From a virus (Duplodnaviria > Caudoviricetes), in IMG/VR virus record IMGVR_UViG_3300017978_000329, positions 1 through 26,929 of that record: a stretch of 26,929 nucleotides of DNA; one strand, 5' to 3'. Position 1 is the first letter of the stretch, and each line of letters opens with the position of its first letter. The translations under genes were made by a program, and so were the position numbers. The notes under the pieces were generated by a model. That model was not told where the DNA came from and did no database searches. It saw only the letters and a list, made by a program, of their open reading frames with translations. Shown here piece by piece: positions 10,068 through 18,596 of the stretch.

Positions 10068-13000
10068 ATGGCAAAAATTAAATTTAGAAGAGACACGGCT
10101 GCGGCCTGGACACAGGCAAATCCTGTACTAGCACAAGGCGAACCAGGCTTTGAACACGACACTGGTCTACTTAAAATAGGTGATGGTGAAACTGTTTGGA
10201 CACAGTTAGACTATGCCAGTGGCAGTGGTGGCGATAGCCTCACAGACGACAAGGCAGTCACAGTCACTGTGGGCAACACAGATTACTTTGCCATTGTAAA
10301 TCGTGCCAACAACGATGATGCCGGTGTTGAGTCTAGTGCTGTGGCCTACGACAGCGACAATAATCTAATTACCTTACACATCAGTAATGTCAATAGCAAC
10401 GAACTTGATCCTGCCTCCAATAAACTGATCATTTCAAAGTTTAATTCATCCTCTAACCTACTGTGGCAAAAGCAGATTCAAGAAGATGCAGATCCAAGCA
10501 CAGCACACGATGTTGTTATAGACGCAGATGATAACATTATTGTAGTGTTCAATCAAGACAATGCTATTGATGAAGGCGACTATGTGAATATCATCAAGTT
10601 TGACAGCGATGGTAATGAACTTTGGAAGAAACTCTATTCTAGTTCAATTATAAGCGATCGCACATTTGGTGGATTTGACCTAATTGATAATACTGTGGGT
10701 TCCAGCACATTTGAAGGCAATGCCGTACAGGTGATCAGCGTAAATTACAACAATGTTCCCGACAGCAACTACACTTGGACATTTGAAGAAAGCAGTAATT
10801 CCGGTACCACTTGGACTTCTGTGGCAACACTAGTGGGCAGTGAGTATGATGGCTTTCTAGATCGCACTTACTTCTATGTGTCAGCAGAAGATCCTGCTAT
10901 TACATTATCTTTTGAAACTAAAATTTATAGATTAAAAACACAAGCAGTTAATACATTTATGGAAGCCTCGGGAGCAGTCACTGATGGCACACACATCTAT
11001 GTAACCGGTGCGTGGAATGTGAATTCAAATAATGAACTAGGTGAAATTACATTTATCCTTAAAGTTTCAAACACCGATGGCACAGTGGAGTGGGCGCAGT
11101 CCATTAGATTTAGTGAAGGTTTCCCAGACGAAGCCTACGGTATGGAAATAGACACAGAAGGTGATCTAGTCTTAGTGGGTGTTTCCTATAGCCCAGCAGG
11201 ACCAAACGCAGCCTATGTCAGCAAGTACAATGGATTAACTGGCTCACACATTTGGAGTCGAGTTATACTTGACCAAGGTGAAGATACCAGTTACTCAGGC
11301 GGAGACATCACAGTAGATAGCCAAGACAACGTCATTGTCAGCATAAACTCTAATCAAAGGTTTGAGAGCGAAGTCGCACCATACACGACCATAGCACATG
11401 TGGTCAAACTCAACTCATCAGGTACAATACAGTGGGCTCGCAGAGCAGGCCCAGGTCCTTGCGCTTCAGTGGCCACAGGCATTGACAGTGACAGTCTAGG
11501 CAACGTCTATCTAAGTGCCTTGACTACCAGCCAGAAGAATCCCGTTAGAGACTCTAACGAATTTGATAATACTGCCAAGGATGTATTGGCCATTGCCAAG
11601 TATTCGACTTCCGGTGCTGTGCTATGGCAACGCTACATCGAAGCAGACGGCTACACTTTTTATCAATCAACTGGTCAAGGTACTACTAACGATATTGGTG
11701 AGTTTGAAGAGAACCGCAACAGTGGTCGCAATCTCAGCCTAAGCAGTGATGGTAAAATCGCTGTACAGGTCACTGTAAGGAAGCGTGATTTTGACGACAA
11801 TACTCCTGACAGCGAGTACTGGGAAAGCATCACATTCCAAATAGATCAAGATGGTCGTGAAATGACCATTGGATCAGGCGATGAAAAATTCGCAGTTAAA
11901 GCAAGTCGCATACCAGGCAAGTTGGTAACACTACCAGAAGTTCTTGGGGGACAATCATACACTCCAACAATCACTAACCTTGTGTCAGACTTGGATGTTA
12001 CCACTCCAACTATTACCTATGCTGATGCTGAACTAGCACAGCACATAATGAAGTCAGCACCCTATGAGTATGTGTTTGGCAATGATGGTACTTTAACTAT
12101 TCCTAACGATGGCGATGTTCGTCTAACACAAACACAAATTGGTTGGTTCTCGATATTTGGACCTGCTAATAACAACAATGACGATGTATGGATCCGTGCC
12201 AACTGTGTAGATCCTGACACAGGAGATGTCTATGTGGTAGGACAAGAGGATGTTAATAATCGTGGCTTTGTGGCTCGCTACAACAGTCAAGGCGAGATAT
12301 TGTGGAGCATCCGACTTAATGACCTTGACGACGAAAATTCTACACGATGTAATGCTGTTAAATTACATCCTTCTAACGGCAATGTAGTTGTACTGGCAGA
12401 GTACTACGGTAACAATACTGGAGCACTGATGCTACAGATTGATCCAGATACTGCCCAAGTGGTTGAACATCTTGGCTTTAGAGACGCCAATAACAACGGT
12501 GATGCTGAACCCTATGACTTTGACTTCTTTAGCAATGACGATTCTACTGATGGTGTAGTAGTGGTTGGCCGCAAGTACGACGAGTGGGCAAGTACGCCAG
12601 TTACTCCACAGGCTGGTAGCACTACCAGCACACTAAATGTTCTAAACTCAGAGTTGCCCGCAGGCCTAAGCACAGATTGGTATGTCAGCGGCACAGGCAT
12701 CACAGGTAGAACCCAGATTACTAATATCAACTACTACACCGCTCTAACTGGTACGACTCGACAAGGTAGTGGGGCAGAATTTACTGTTGAAGTGAATGCC
12801 GGTAGTCCAGGGTTACCAGTTTATACTTACGCTAGTAAATTTGTATCTGCTTCTAACGATCGCACATTCTATATTAAACCAGACGGTACTCGATTGTATA
12901 CCTTGGTAGGTGGAACAATAAGTGAATTTACACTAAGCACTCCTTGGGATATTTCAACTGCCACATCTACTAGTACCGCAGACCTTAATCTTGCGCTAGG

Positions 13001-15401
13001 CATTGACCTACTCAACGGTTTATATTTTAAACCCGATGGCACAGAATTTTATGTGTTTGCCTATGATACAAACGGTGATGTACGTTTTAGTAAGATTACT
13101 TTAACTACACCGTGGGCTTCTGGGTCATCGCCTACTTATGTAGAAGGTAGCCTAGTTGCTGTACCTTTCGCTATCAATTTAGAATTCAGTGACGACGGTA
13201 CAAAATTCTATAGCATATACAGTGGCCAAATTAGACAATGGAATTTAGGCTCTGCTTGGAATATCACCAATGTCGATACAACTCCGGACGTTAGTTACGA
13301 TTTCACTACTGTTGACAGCATCGACCTGCGTGACATAGCATTTTCCGCGGACGGTACAAGTATGTACGCTACTAAATTTCCGCCTTCAGGAACAGCATAT
13401 ACAGTAGTTAGATACCAATTAGGCACTGCTTGGGATATTTCTACCGCTGTGCTTACTGTTGATAGTATTGATATTGGCGAATCAGTAACCGGAATCGATT
13501 ATCTTGACAAGGCAAACATTGTATTCAAACCAGATCGTACAAAAATGTACATCGCTGGTCAATCTTTCTCCGGCGGATGGACTAGAATAGTCCAGTTTGA
13601 CGGTGCTAGCGGAGAAGCCGGTCCGGCAACATATTCTGTTATTGTTACTGACGGTGGCACAAACTATCTAGCAGGACACAAGGTCAGAGTGTTAGGTAGT
13701 GCGTTGGGCGGAACTACTCCTGAGAACGATCTTATCATCACTGTAGATGCTTTAAACGTAAGTGCTATCAGTAGTGTAAGTAATAGCGGAACTCCAAATG
13801 CTGCCGCTGTTGGTCCTTACACCGCAGTAGCACACACAAACTACAACGTAGGCAGTGGTGCTGACTTTAACGTACAATTCAACGCAGAAGGAACTATTAT
13901 TGGTTACGGCATTTTCAACGAAGTTGGACAAAACTATGTAATAGGAGATGTGATCACTATCGCAGGTACAACTTTTGTTGGTGGTACAACTCCAACTAAT
14001 GACGTAACTATTACAGTTACCAGTGTTGGTGGATCTGGCGATCTTCAAAATCCGATAACAGTAGAAGGAACATTATTCCCAAGCACTCAAACTAAAATCA
14101 GCATAGGTGATTCTGTAGATTTTGGTGGAGTAGGTTCTTGGAACTTTGAGTACCCATTAGGCGGTCAAGGATTTGTTTGGACGGCTGACTGGAATAAAGT
14201 AGTAGGTAGCACTAACGCTGATGCCAACGAAAGATACTTCTCAGTGGCAGTGGGCAGTGATAATGCTGTGTATGCTGTAGGTGAAATTTACACCAATGAC
14301 AGCACCAGCAACTACAACGCTGTGATCAGCAAGTTTAACAGCGCAGGCACACATCAGTGGAGTCGTGCGTTAAACACATATACGTTTGGTTCCAGTGCCA
14401 AGTGTGTAGCAGTTCGTGGAACCACAGTGGTAGTAAGTTCTTTCGATAGTAACAACAGTGAGACTGTAATTACCAAACTGGATACCAGCGGTAATATCAA
14501 GTGGCAGCGTATCACATTCTCGGGTGATGACAGTTCAGTAGCCATTGACACTAACGGTGATATCTATGCTGTGATAGAAGCCAACTTAGAAAACAAGTAT
14601 GAAAGCATTATCAAGGTCATCAGATTTGCCTCAAACGGTGAGCCTATCTGGCGCAAGTTCATTGGCACATTAACCAACGAATACGGTGGAACCCACGAGT
14701 ACTTCAAGAACGGTCGCAACATCACTCTGGACGCAGAACACCTTTATGTGTCTGGATATACTACAGCCTTTGCCGATGACTACGAAAGTGGCTTCCTAGT
14801 CAAACTGCCCAAAGCAGGAGACTGCGATGGCTATTATGGCGGTTGGACTGTACAGACTGAGGCCTACGATGTAGATAAGGTCATTGGGTCACAGGCTGGC
14901 ACATTTATACCTGACATCAGCACAGGCGAGTTCGAATCGTGGAATCCAGACTTCGGCACTGACTGGTGGGATCCTAGCAGTGATGATTACTATCAAACTC
15001 TACAACCTATTGTAGATCGTGACGGTGGTGCTATTGAATTCGCAGACGGTACTCGTCAGACTTCGTCAGCACAGCAGATTCCACAACGAGCGATTTTCAA
15101 CGGTGCGGATCACAGACTGTGCTTAGACGATATGGGCAAACATATCTATGTCACTAACAGCAACACTAGAATTCATGTTCCTTATCACGACGATAACCCA
15201 TTGCCAATAGGATTTACAGTTGTGATCATTAACAACAGTGGTGGCACAATCAGCATTGACGCAGACGGCGGCAATCTTGATATTGTTGTTCCAGGCTTAC
15301 AATCAGCACAGTATTGGGATCTTGATAGTCCGGGTATGGCCACATTGATCAAGGTTAGTGAATATACTTGGTTTATGACCGGTAATGTTTCAGTAGATTA
15401 A
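10068..15401 (+). CDS. Large fibre/adhesin: Mtd_N-like N-terminal domain, multiple beta-propeller regions, C-terminal fibre-end domain
   Basis: KIKFRRDTAAAWTQANPVLAQGEPGFEHDTGLLKIGDG..W..L.Y is the Mtd_N-type motif. Many D.D.N.Y/V.G...K(F/Y)(N/D)S.G...W.(K/R) blades and F.PDGT..Y / L..(P/A)W(D/N)I blades follow. GGAG SD at 10056-10059. Confidence 0.85.
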   Translation: MAKIKFRRDTAAAWTQANPVLAQGEPGFEHDTGLLKIGDGETVWTQLDYASGSGGDSLTDDKAVTVTVGNTDYFAIVNRANNDDAGVESSAVAYDSDNNLITLHISNVNSNELDPASNKLIISKFNSSSNLLWQKQIQEDADPSTAHDVVIDADDNIIVVFNQDNAIDEGDYVNIIKFDSDGNELWKKLYSSSIISDRTFGGFDLIDNTVGSSTFEGNAVQVISVNYNNVPDSNYTWTFEESSNSGTTWTSVATLVGSEYDGFLDRTYFYVSAEDPAITLSFETKIYRLKTQAVNTFMEASGAVTDGTHIYVTGAWNVNSNNELGEITFILKVSNTDGTVEWAQSIRFSEGFPDEAYGMEIDTEGDLVLVGVSYSPAGPNAAYVSKYNGLTGSHIWSRVILDQGEDTSYSGGDITVDSQDNVIVSINSNQRFESEVAPYTTIAHVVKLNSSGTIQWARRAGPGPCASVATGIDSDSLGNVYLSALTTSQKNPVRDSNEFDNTAKDVLAIAKYSTSGAVLWQRYIEADGYTFYQSTGQGTTNDIGEFEENRNSGRNLSLSSDGKIAVQVTVRKRDFDDNTPDSEYWESITFQIDQDGREMTIGSGDEKFAVKASRIPGKLVTLPEVLGGQSYTPTITNLVSDLDVTTPTITYADAELAQHIMKSAPYEYVFGNDGTLTIPNDGDVRLTQTQIGWFSIFGPANNNNDDVWIRANCVDPDTGDVYVVGQEDVNNRGFVARYNSQGEILWSIRLNDLDDENSTRCNAVKLHPSNGNVVVLAEYYGNNTGALMLQIDPDTAQVVEHLGFRDANNNGDAEPYDFDFFSNDDSTDGVVVVGRKYDEWASTPVTPQAGSTTSTLNVLNSELPAGLSTDWYVSGTGITGRTQITNINYYTALTGTTRQGSGAEFTVEVNAGSPGLPVYTYASKFVSASNDRTFYIKPDGTRLYTLVGGTISEFTLSTPWDISTATSTSTADLNLALGIDLLNGLYFKPDGTEFYVFAYDTNGDVRFSKITLTTPWASGSSPTYVEGSLVAVPFAINLEFSDDGTKFYSIYSGQIRQWNLGSAWNITNVDTTPDVSYDFTTVDSIDLRDIAFSADGTSMYATKFPPSGTAYTVVRYQLGTAWDISTAVLTVDSIDIGESVTGIDYLDKANIVFKPDRTKMYIAGQSFSGGWTRIVQFDGASGEAGPATYSVIVTDGGTNYLAGHKVRVLGSALGGTTPENDLIITVDALNVSAISSVSNSGTPNAAAVGPYTAVAHTNYNVGSGADFNVQFNAEGTIIGYGIFNEVGQNYVIGDVITIAGTTFVGGTTPTNDVTITVTSVGGSGDLQNPITVEGTLFPSTQTKISIGDSVDFGGVGSWNFEYPLGGQGFVWTADWNKVVGSTNADANERYFSVAVGSDNAVYAVGEIYTNDSTSNYNAVISKFNSAGTHQWSRALNTYTFGSSAKCVAVRGTTVVVSSFDSNNSETVITKLDTSGNIKWQRITFSGDDSSVAIDTNGDIYAVIEANLENKYESIIKVIRFASNGEPIWRKFIGTLTNEYGGTHEYFKNGRNITLDAEHLYVSGYTTAFADDYESGFLVKLPKAGDCDGYYGGWTVQTEAYDVDKVIGSQAGTFIPDISTGEFESWNPDFGTDWWDPSSDDYYQTLQPIVDRDGGAIEFADGTRQTSSAQQIPQRAIFNGADHRLCLDDMGKHIYVTNSNTRIHVPYHDDNPLPIGFTVVIINNSGGTISIDADGGNLDIVVPGLQSAQYWDLDSPGMATLIKVSEYTWFMTGNVSVD

Positions 15402-15410
15402 GGATACAAG

Positions 15411-16334
15411 ATGCCTATTACACAAATATTACTAACAGCCACAACAGCACAAGGCGGTGGTGGAGGCGGTGGATCTACTTCAGACTTTACCATCGAGTGG
15501 TTTCAGAAAGTTGAAGGAAACGGTCAGAATAGTCGTCCGTGGAGTATAGGTTTATATCCTACACAGAGTATTGCCATAAGTTATGAAGGGCATATCAACG
15601 ACTACTACTGGATTAACAACTCCGCAATTGGCAACGTAGCACAAGTCCATGCTGGATCAGGATGGGAACACATGGCGTTTGTACGAAGCAGTGACGTAGT
15701 CTATGGATATAGAAACGGCTCACAATATTTCTCAGTTCCTTTCAATAGTCCCATAACCGACTCTTCCTCACTATTCTATGTAGGTACAGGAGAGATGGGA
15801 GCCGGAATGTATCAAGGTTATCTCACTAACCTACACGTTATGAAAGGTGTGGCCAAATATACAGGTAACTTTACTCCAACTACAACGCCTATAGTTGCTA
15901 CCACAGGCAGTGTATTCTTAATGAATACCCATACTGCTCCAACAGTGTTTGTCGATTCTGCCGGTGGCAAGGTTACTGCTAATGTAGCAGGGCCACCACA
16001 GTGGTCTAGTGATAGCCCATTCACTGCGTTAGGTCCTTATACTGCGATGTATCCAGTTTCTAACCCAGATACATTGTATTTTTTAAAAACATCATATCCA
16101 GATATAGAAAATGTTCAAGCAGGATGGTCTGCTACTGCGGACGATTTTAGTGGCACAGTGACCAACAGAACTAGTACTGATCCATTATATCACATAGTGA
16201 CTATAAATGTTGCGGCAGGGTCGTTTGGCGGAGCATCGGTTACATTTACACAGCCTGGACTTGGTAGTGTTTATTTTGACAGTAGCAGATTTGTTGCCTA
16301 CGCCGCTAGTACCGATTGGGCTATGGATGTTTAA
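15411..16334 (+). CDS. Putative fibre-tip adhesin with concanavalin A/LamG-like domain
   Basis: Short hydrophobic N-terminus and Gly7 linker, then DFTIEWF...WEHMAFVRS...Y.NG...YQGYLTNLHVMKGVAKYTGNFTP, the pattern of phage LamG-like domains. AAGGA SD overlaps the previous stop. Confidence 0.78.
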   Translation: MPITQILLTATTAQGGGGGGGSTSDFTIEWFQKVEGNGQNSRPWSIGLYPTQSIAISYEGHINDYYWINNSAIGNVAQVHAGSGWEHMAFVRSSDVVYGYRNGSQYFSVPFNSPITDSSSLFYVGTGEMGAGMYQGYLTNLHVMKGVAKYTGNFTPTTTPIVATTGSVFLMNTHTAPTVFVDSAGGKVTANVAGPPQWSSDSPFTALGPYTAMYPVSNPDTLYFLKTSYPDIENVQAGWSATADDFSGTVTNRTSTDPLYHIVTINVAAGSFGGASVTFTQPGLGSVYFDSSRFVAYAASTDWAMDV

Positions 16335-16783
16335 TGTTCAAGCAGAGTACTATTACTGTAGATCCAGGTGTAGCGGAAGAAGTTGTTAACCTCTACAAAG
16401 ACCTAGACAATGCCCGTGGTGGTGAATACGGTACTTGGCACAGTCGTAGAATACGCACAAATCCCTACGAGTGGTTTTCTGCTACTTTTAATAGAGTGGC
16501 TGAGGCAGTAGGTGATCTAACCATAGACGAATGGTGGTTTAACTGCGGCGAACCTTTGGATGAATATCGCTGGCACATACATCGTCCCTATGTGTGGGCA
16601 GGTGTGCTGTACATACAAACGCCAGAGAATAGTGGTGGGATAGAGTTTAGACGGCAAGAAGAATACTATACGCATACGCCGCAGGCAGGCGAGTTTTTAC
16701 TGTTTTCAGGCAACCTAGCACATAGAGTACTGAAGAATAACAGTACGGATTATAGAATTAGTGTAGCCTTTAACTTTAAATAA
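16334..16783 (+). CDS. 2OG-Fe(II) oxygenase superfamily protein (TIGR02466 / 2OG-FeII_Oxy_5-like)
   Basis: WFN...HIH...AGVLYIQTP..SG.IEF...GEFLLFSG.L.H.V..N.S...RISVAFN. The likely start is the ATG at 16334, overlapping the upstream TAA (TAATG), rather than 16316. Confidence 0.85.
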   Translation: MFKQSTITVDPGVAEEVVNLYKDLDNARGGEYGTWHSRRIRTNPYEWFSATFNRVAEAVGDLTIDEWWFNCGEPLDEYRWHIHRPYVWAGVLYIQTPENSGGIEFRRQEEYYTHTPQAGEFLLFSGNLAHRVLKNNSTDYRISVAFNFK

Positions 16784-16786
16784 ATA
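16777..16786 (+). promoter_or_regulatory. Putative late promoter for gp13
   Basis: TAAATAAATA overlaps the oxygenase stop codon and ends 17 nt upstream of the gp13 ATG. Confidence 0.65.
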
Positions 16787-16803
16787 TACTAAAGAGATAA
16801 AGA

Positions 16804-17580
16804 ATGCCAACTACAGAAATTAACGAACTACAACAAGCAAAAACAGCAGTCTACGACTACTGTCGTAACATGCTGGGCGATGGCATGATTGATGTTGAAC
16901 TAGATCCTAAGCACTACGAAACAGCACTAGAACGTGCTCTTGGAAAATACAGACAAAGAGGCGACAGTTCAGTAGAAGAAAGTTACATGTTCTTAACCAC
17001 TGTTGAAGATCAGAATACTTATATATTACCTAAAGAAGTTATAGAAGTCCGTCAAATATTTCGACGTAGTATTGGTAGTAGAACAGGCGGTGGTCAAGGC
17101 GGTACAATATTTGAACCGTTTAATCTTGCCTACACAAACACATACTTGCTAAGTTCTAGCAATATGGGCGGTATTTTAACCTACGAACTATTTGCACAAT
17201 ACCAAGAAATGATCGGACGTATGTTCGGTAGTTTTATTGAATTTAAGTGGCACAGTCAGAGTCATAAACTTACTTTGCTACAACGACCAAGAAACTCAGA
17301 CGAGGAATTAATGTTATTGTGCTATAATTATCGTCCAGACATCGGTATTCTCAACGATGTTTATGCTACACAGTGGATCAAAGATTATACATTAGCCAAC
17401 TGCAAACTTATGTTGGGTCAAGCCCGTGAAAAATTTGCACAAATTGCAGGCCCTCAAGGCGGAACCAGTCTTAATGGCGCCAGCATGAAGTCCGAAGGTG
17501 TTGCTGAAATGGAAAAATTAGAAGCAGAACTAATTACCCAAGTTGCCGGCGGACGTGGCTATACATTTATTATTGGCTAA
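16804..17580 (+). CDS. gp13: Neck protein / head-tail adaptor (T4 gp13-like)
   Basis: LG...IDVELD...ALE, WIKDYTLA.CK..LG..R.KF...GPQGG.SLNG..M..EG..E...LE.EL, and terminal FIIG follow the gp13 family pattern. Confidence 0.85.
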   Translation: MPTTEINELQQAKTAVYDYCRNMLGDGMIDVELDPKHYETALERALGKYRQRGDSSVEESYMFLTTVEDQNTYILPKEVIEVRQIFRRSIGSRTGGGQGGTIFEPFNLAYTNTYLLSSSNMGGILTYELFAQYQEMIGRMFGSFIEFKWHSQSHKLTLLQRPRNSDEELMLLCYNYRPDIGILNDVYATQWIKDYTLANCKLMLGQAREKFAQIAGPQGGTSLNGASMKSEGVAEMEKLEAELITQVAGGRGYTFIIG

Positions 17581-17587
17581 AAATAAT

Positions 17588-17616
17588 TTGACCTTGTAAT
17601 AAAACTGTTATATACT
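17588..17616 (+). promoter_or_regulatory. Sigma70-type (early) promoter for dNMP kinase
   Basis: TTGACC (17588-17593), 17-nt spacer, TATACT (17611-17616), AT-rich upstream sequence, and AAGGAG SD at 17627-17632. Confidence 0.8.
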
Positions 17617-17637
17617 AGCGTTATCTAAGGAGACGCT

Positions 17638-18288
17638 ATGATTATAGGTGTGTGCGGTTTTATCGGTTCGGGCAAAGATACAGTCGCTGACTATCTAGTT
17701 AACTTTCACGAATTTCGTAGAGAAAGTTTTGCCAACACCCTAAAAGATGCAGTATCAGCAGTTTTTGGTTGGGACCGCACTATGCTAGAAGGGCGTACTA
17801 AACAAGCCCGTGAATGGCGAGAGCAAGTAGACCCTTGGTGGAGCAAACGCTTAAACATGCCCGACCTTACTCCTAGACTAATGCTTCAGTTGTGGGGTAC
17901 AGAAGTTTGCCGCAGAGGATTCCATGATGATATCTGGATTGCTAGTCTAGAAAATAAACTTCGTAATTCCTCAGATAATATTGTAATTTCTGACTGTCGT
18001 TTCCCCAATGAAATTGCTAGTATTCGCAGTGCAGGCGGAAAGATCGTTTGGATCAAACGAGGTGCTCTCCCAGAGTGGTATGACGCCGCAGTACACGTAA
18101 ATCGAGGACCTGACGGAAATATTATGTGGTCCTCTAGTAAAACAAAATTAGAAAGTATAGGAATTCATGCCAGCGAAACGGCATGGGTTGGCACAAAGTT
18201 TGACGCAGAGTTAGACAACAACGGCAGTATTGATGACCTATATCTAGCAATTAAAAATCTGGTGTCAAATCTCCCTGCCGCCACTTAA
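17638..18288 (+). CDS. gp1: Deoxynucleoside monophosphate kinase (T4 gp1-like)
   Basis: P-loop IIGVCGFIGSGKDT, SFA..LKD, TPRLMLQLWGTE, ISDCRFPNE, HASE, NNGSIDDL. Confidence 0.93.
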   Translation: MIIGVCGFIGSGKDTVADYLVNFHEFRRESFANTLKDAVSAVFGWDRTMLEGRTKQAREWREQVDPWWSKRLNMPDLTPRLMLQLWGTEVCRRGFHDDIWIASLENKLRNSSDNIVISDCRFPNEIASIRSAGGKIVWIKRGALPEWYDAAVHVNRGPDGNIMWSSSKTKLESIGIHASETAWVGTKFDAELDNNGSIDDLYLAIKNLVSNLPAAT

Positions 18289-18586
18289 CACCTTCTTGAT
18301 GCAGTATGCGTTGACAGTTGGCGCATATTGTTTTTAAGTTTCCAGGTCTACAATTATCTAAATTTCCATCGATGTGGAATACATTAAACACTGGTGTATT
18401 CTTACTTTTAAATCCACATTTCTCACAAAAATCTTTTTGCCTATAACCTAGTTGATACCATCTAGGTTTTTTTGGTGTGGCACCACGGGCACAACTGTCA
18501 CACTGACTCCTGTAAAATACTTTCTTTCCCTTGTAGTAGTTCACTGCACAGGGCTTAGAATCGCAAGTTTTACATAAAGGTCGCAT
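18251..18586 (-). CDS. Zinc-finger HNH-like protein (degenerate active site)
   Basis: Four CxxC pairs; CEKCG...VFHIDGNLDNC...NLKTICANCQ follows the HNH fold pattern; TAAATA lies immediately upstream. Confidence 0.8.
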   Translation of the reverse strand: MRPLCKTCDSKPCAVNYYKGKKVFYRSQCDSCARGATPKKPRWYQLGYRQKDFCEKCGFKSKNTPVFNVFHIDGNLDNCRPGNLKTICANCQRILHQEGVKWRQGDLTPDF

Positions 18587-18590
18587 ACGA

Positions 18591-18596
18591 TATTTA
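18591..18596 (-). promoter_or_regulatory. Putative late promoter for the HNH-like gene (leaderless)
   Basis: Minus strand reads tgcTAAATA-tcgt-ATG. Confidence 0.65.

Noticed and set aside
10068-10215. Mtd_N domain suggesting a diversity-generating retroelement target
   Set aside because: Mtd_N is a generic fibre N-terminal module. I saw no reverse transcriptase, no TR/VR pair differing at adenines and no C-type-lectin variable region in the window.
16316-16333. Longer start for the oxygenase (MGYGCL...)
   Set aside because: The ATG at 16334 overlaps the upstream stop (TAATG), a typical coupled start.
7698-16334. Three cassette genes lie in the same frame separated by single TAA stops (TAA-CAA-ATG; TAA-9 nt-ATG), suggesting read-through or a broken giant gene
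   Set aside because: Each downstream gene has its own SD (GGAG, AAGGA) and a recognisable N-terminal domain. Same-frame placement has about a 1-in-9 chance, and TAA is the least leaky stop.
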